A stretch of 64,000 nucleotides of DNA from Novakomyces olei (lineage: Eukaryota): positions 62,001 to 126,000 of the forward strand of contig JADEYG010000002.1 of NCBI GenBank assembly GCA_016906335.1. The letters run 5' to 3'. The notes under the pieces are model-generated. The model saw only the letters and a program-made list of their open reading frames with translations. It was not told the origin of the DNA and did no database searches. Positions within the stretch are counted from its first letter, which is position 1, and each line of letters opens with the position of its first letter. The position numbers and the translations under genes are program-made. This document shows positions 59,601 to 64,000 of the stretch, piece by piece.

Positions 59601-62600
59601 CTATTGTGTACCAAACTGAACGGATGGCGGGCGCGCTTCAAAAACCAACCGCGCGCCGTTCATAAAGCTGTTTGTGGGGGTTATTAGAAACCCTACTAAA
59701 GTGACCACATAGGCCATGCACAATATAGACCCCTTGAAATAATTGCTCTTGCCCTCGCCGTACACATAAGAAAGCAAAAACACACAGAGCACAATGCACA
59801 CGAGATCCCACCTTGGGAAAATTAGGTCGAACGTGTTAGCCGCCAGTTCTTTTATACCCCAATTTTTGTACGCACTATAAGCCACGAGAGCGGGTACCTG
59901 TAAAAGGCAGACTTGAAGCGCGTAAGCCGAGCCAATTTCAAGACTAGAGTTAGCAGCTGTTTAGAGGAAATAAGGAGAGAAAGAGAGAATAAGGAGAGAA
60001 AGAGAGAATAAGGAGAGAAAGAGAGAATAAGGAGAGAAAGAGAGAATAAGGAGAGAAAGAGAGAATAAGGAGAGAAAGAGAGAATAAGGAGAGAAAGAGA
60101 GAATAAGGAGAGAAAGAGAGAACAAGGAGAGAAAGAGAGAACAAGGAGAGAAAGAGAGAACAAGGAGAGAAAGAGAGAATAAGGAGAGAAAGAGAGAATA
60201 AGGAGAGAAAGAGAAGCAAAAATAAACAATATAAAACAGATTTGAATTGATAATAATAATTATAAAATAAATCGTACCTCAAGGCCACGTTTCCATTCAA
60301 GGCAAATGAAATAGCGTTCATAAACTCTGTAGTATTGGGTACTAGAGCAAACAGTGTAAACCCTAAAAACTTCATATCCACGTCGACCCGGCTCAGAACC
60401 GAATCGACAGTATCCACCAGAATCTCGGCGATAACAGCGTAGAGCAAAGTTGCAGATAGTAGAATAACATAACTCTTCGTCCGGCTCCAGTTCGGGGCAT
60501 CGTGGCCGTCATGGTGGACCTCCATTTCCTCTTCTTCCGCCAGCATAGGGCCGTAGCTTGAAACTGCTCTCTGTGAGGCAGCTGGCCCAAGATTTCGTCG
60601 GCGCAGCGACCGTCGGGAGGATTGTTCATGGTACTCTTGAACGGCTTGAGCGGCAATTGCCCGGATATACCGAGCCGTCTCGAACTTGCCCGGGGACGAC
60701 AGGTCATTTTCGTCCCGGACACTTCCCGACCGGGCGGCAAAACTAGCCGGCCAATTGTCGTGCATGTCCTCACGGCTCGGCTTTAGCGATACGTTTTTGC
60801 GACCTGTAGATTCGGCGTTTAGCTGGAGAGGTGTATAATTGCCAGCTGTGACTGCCGCGTTCGACCTTGAAGGCGACCGCACCGTGTTGGCCCGGGAATT
60901 GTTACGCGATAACACGGGCCGTGGGAGGGTGGACGTGTTGCTGTTCATTGTGTGAAGCGGATTTGCATTAGAATTGACACTCAAATTAGGGTTAGGGTTT
61001 ATAAAGGTGCTCGAATTAGGGTTAGGGTTTGCGTGATTACCCATGTTTACCACGGCCGGCTGCTGCCAAATCATGGCGGCATGAGTCCTGAGTGTGAACC
61101 ATAGTCCAATTATATAGCACAGTAATAAGCAGGCGGAGCAGAGGTAAGTAAACGGCTTTACTCGCGACTGGTAAAAAGGATCATCGACGGCAGTAGCCTG
61201 ATCAAATTCACACCGAGCACAGTAATCGAGGCCGACGGCGGAAGAATTGCAGTCAGAGCACCTCAGCTCGTACGTCCCGTAAACCTGGTAAAAAAGAGTG
61301 GGAGCAAAACAACCGAGGACAGCAAAAAGCAGCATTGTGGAGGTTACTCCCGCGCTTTTGGCGTTAAACCTCTGAGTTTTTTTCTTCAAGGCCCCGGCAC
61401 ACATACTAAGGCCCGGCATGAGTAGGACTCCTGCTAAAATGCTGCCGATAACACTGCCCTCTACGAGACGGCCCTTGCCTCTGTTAAGAGCGACAGCGTA
61501 GAGGAAAACTTCCACGACTGAGCCAAAAAAAGCATTCACCGCAGCTCCCATCCCCATGGAGCTTTGAGCGGAAATACTGGCGACTGCCTGGCCGATAAAG
61601 TAGGCCAGTGGCACAATTGACGCGAGGGCCAGTACGAAAACTGTGGCTGGCCTGGTAGCGAAATGATCATGGCCCCACCAGGCGCCGAGGACGTAGTCTG
61701 CCAGAATGGTGTACACGACAAGAGCGAGCAAATTAATAAAAATAATATTGGTTCCATCAATCGTGTATTTAAAGTACTTTACCCCACCGGCCCGGTAGGT
61801 ACAGAGCAGCACATTTTGTGGGGCTTCGGATCTCGAGCTCTGGAACTCGAGCTGTAGCGGATGGTGCTGCAGGTACCGGTAAAGCATATGGCAAACTTTA
61901 GCCATAGGAACAAAGTACACACTGAACCAGCAGAGCAAGGAAACCGCCAATAAAATGGGCCCAACAAAAGTGTAAAAAAGAAGGAAAAACGCTACACGGG
62001 CAAACGTCCATTTGCCTCTGCCAAACAGCCGCAGTTTACTCTGCGAAAAAGGCGATTGCTGTAGCAATGGATCGCATTCTTGGCTGCTTAAAACACTCGC
62101 CTCCATATCTCGCCATTCCTCAATAGCACGACCCCTTCCTTCGTCCTCATGCGCATACTCCTCCGAGTACCGCAGCTCCAAGTACCGCCCAAAAGGGTAG
62201 AACGCGTAACGCGCTAGTCCGGCAAAGACGCGTCTGTAGCGGGCGCCTGTACGCGTCCAAACTACGCACATTACCAGTGTGGGCAGAGTAAACAGCAGCG
62301 CCATCCACCAGCCAAACAGCAGTACCCAAAGAGCATTATTGTAGCTGTTGTGGCCACGAGTCCGGCCCGGTGCGGAGTGGATCTCGCCTTCAGCGCTGCG
62401 CTGAACTGACCTGGATTTCTTATAGACCGCCGGCTTCCATATTCTTATACCAAAGGGGTGCGACTTGTTTATCCGCTCCTGCCGCTCCTTCAAGTCGAGG
62501 CTCGTTACGCTCTGTACACTGTCCGCATCGCTCTCAGGGCTGTTTTGTGACGTATCTGCGCCCGTTTCAGCATCGTTTCTACGCCCATTGTCTCTCGACA

Positions 62601-62745
62601 ATGAACCTTGCTCCGATCCGGCTACCGAGCCTCGGTCCGAGTTCGCTTCCAGCTGCGGCTGTGGCGGGTCCTGCTCAATTGCGTCACCCACATCTGCCGG
62701 CGCTGGCCGTTCGCTAAAGTAATCAGTCTCGCCAGAGCCCGACAT
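59601..62745 (-). CDS. VNX1: CaCA-family cation/H+ exchanger, Vnx1-like
   Basis: INKSHPFGIRIWKPAVYKK, GQAVASISAQSSMGMGA, VPNTTEFMNAISFA, intron 59944-60277, then SLEIGSAYALQVCLLQVP and EGKSNYFKG. Confidence 0.9.
59968..60213. repeat. 19-bp minisatellite (AATAAGGAGAGAAAGAGAG), ~13 copies, intronic
   Basis: Tandem units, three adjacent ones with an AAC variant, inside intron 59944-60277. Confidence 0.97.
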
Positions 62746-62811
62746 TGTGCGCGTCCTGCGCAGTGCGCAATGTATTTTTGTGAATTTATTATCAGAATTA
62801 TTTATTTATTA

Positions 62812-62963
62812 TAAATAAATAATAAATAATAAATAATAAATAATAAATAATAAATAATAAATAATAAATAATAAATAATAAATAATAAATAATAAATAAT
62901 AAATAATAAATAATAAATAATAAATAATAAATAATAAATAATAAATAATAAATAAATAATAAA
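62812..62963. repeat. (AATAAAT)n heptamer repeat, ~21 units
   Basis: Tandem run between the divergent VNX1-like and myosin genes. Confidence 0.97.
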
Positions 62964-63258
62964 TTGTGCTTCATCAATACTGCATGCAGTATTGCTTGCA
63001 ATGATAACCAGCTCTCGGAATGACATCTATTATTGGGATTAGCGTAAGCAGAAATACGTAGTAGCAATTGTACACTCGGCTCCGTTGCCGGACGTATGCG
63101 GGGCGGCAATTCACAGCGATACGGGAGCGATTAAGGCTGAAATCGAACGCGGCAGATTTCGATTACGGCCATACAATCGTCGAGCCAAAAATCGGGAAAA
63201 AAAAACGGTTATAAAGACACAAGTATCGAAGCTGTGGGTCAACTTTGCCAAGTGTTAA

Positions 63259-64000
63259 ATGGTACATTCGCCTTCCTTTTATCGCATTGCGCCAATAGAT
63301 CTGAGCTAATGTCAAGGCGATTACAAAACGCGCGGGCCGTACAAAAGGCCTTCATCATGGCGGAATCGATGCAGCGGCAAAAGGCGGCAAGCAGCAGCCG
63401 GCAGCGGTTAAAAAAGCCGCTTACGAAGCGACAAAGCGGAAAGCCGTCGGTGTCGATGATCTTACGCTCCTGTCGACGATCAGCAACGAGTCAATCAATG
63501 AAAATTTGAAGAAACGGTTCCAGAATGGAGAAATTTATACTTATATCGGCCACGTGCTTATTAGTGTGAACCCGTTCCGTGATTTGGGTATATACACGCA
63601 CGACATTGTCGAGTCTTACAAGGGCAAAAACCGTTTGGAAATGGCGCCGCACGTGTTTGCTATCGCCGAGAGCTCTTACTACCAGCTGAAAGCGTACAAT
63701 GAGAATCAGTGTATCATTATTTCCGGAGAGTCTGGCGCAGGAAAAACAGAGGCAGCCAAACGGATAATGGAGTATATCGCCAGCGCCTCTGAGGGCGGAG
63801 AGGACTCGGCTATCCAGCGAGTGAAGGAGACGATTCTCGCCACCAATCCGCTGCTCGAGTCTTTTGGCTGCGCAAAGACGTTGCGCAACAACAACTCTTC
63901 CAGACACGGAAAGTACCTCGAGATTGAGTTTAGTCGTGCCGGAGCGCCTATGGGCGCTCACGTTATCAACTACCTGCTGGAAAAGGGTAGGATCGTTTCG
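63259..64000 (+). CDS. MYO1: Class I myosin heavy chain, 5' part (truncated by window)
   Basis: ATG-only first exon, intron 63262-63316, then [51 protein letters not shown]. Confidence 0.95.

Noticed and set aside
59968-60213. CRISPR-like array
   Set aside because: Head-to-tail repeats without unique spacers, eukaryotic intron context, no cas genes.
59950-60277. Repetitive LSLFS C-terminus of the 931-aa ORF
   Set aside because: Read-through into an intron. The conserved exchanger sequence resumes after the acceptor at 59944.
60986-61030. TTAGGG telomere-like repeats
   Set aside because: Two short runs that encode NPNPN in the exchanger. The AACCCTAACCCT at ~50263 is only two units.

Overview
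Fungal (ascomycete-type) nuclear DNA with short GT-AG introns carrying CTAAC-type branch points. Bases 1-22921 are a block of nested LTR retrotransposons: a frameshifting Ty3/Gypsy element (D), three chromodomain Ty3/Gypsy copies from two related families (A and C intact, B disrupted), two decayed Ty1/Copia elements and three solo LTRs. Most junctions are supported by 5-bp target-site duplications. Bases ~23460-64000 are gene-dense (PRE4, PIH1, NXT1, DAD4, STE24, FAH-family, SDH6, MDM31, PNO1, bZIP factor, ARP5, TVP38, aldo-keto reductase, YggS-family, SDR, AP-2 alpha adaptin, GH76, VNX1-like exchanger, myosin I), with long A/T microsatellites in promoters. The main observation concerns A and C, which both carry a conserved extra ORF (ORF0) upstream of gag-pol with no ATG of its own. 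A predicted 42/51-nt intron straddling the LTR end and primer-binding region joins A to TG and creates that ATG, while the unspliced ~0.9-1 kb leader has no ATG in any frame until the gag-pol start. This predicts a splice switch: spliced, non-replicable RNA makes ORF0 and unspliced genomic RNA makes Gag-Pol. ORF0 has a YAP/AP-1-like basic motif, both LTRs contain clustered AP-1/YAP sites, and the PBS position is not tRNA-like. Everything was read by eye; no alignments or database searches were run.
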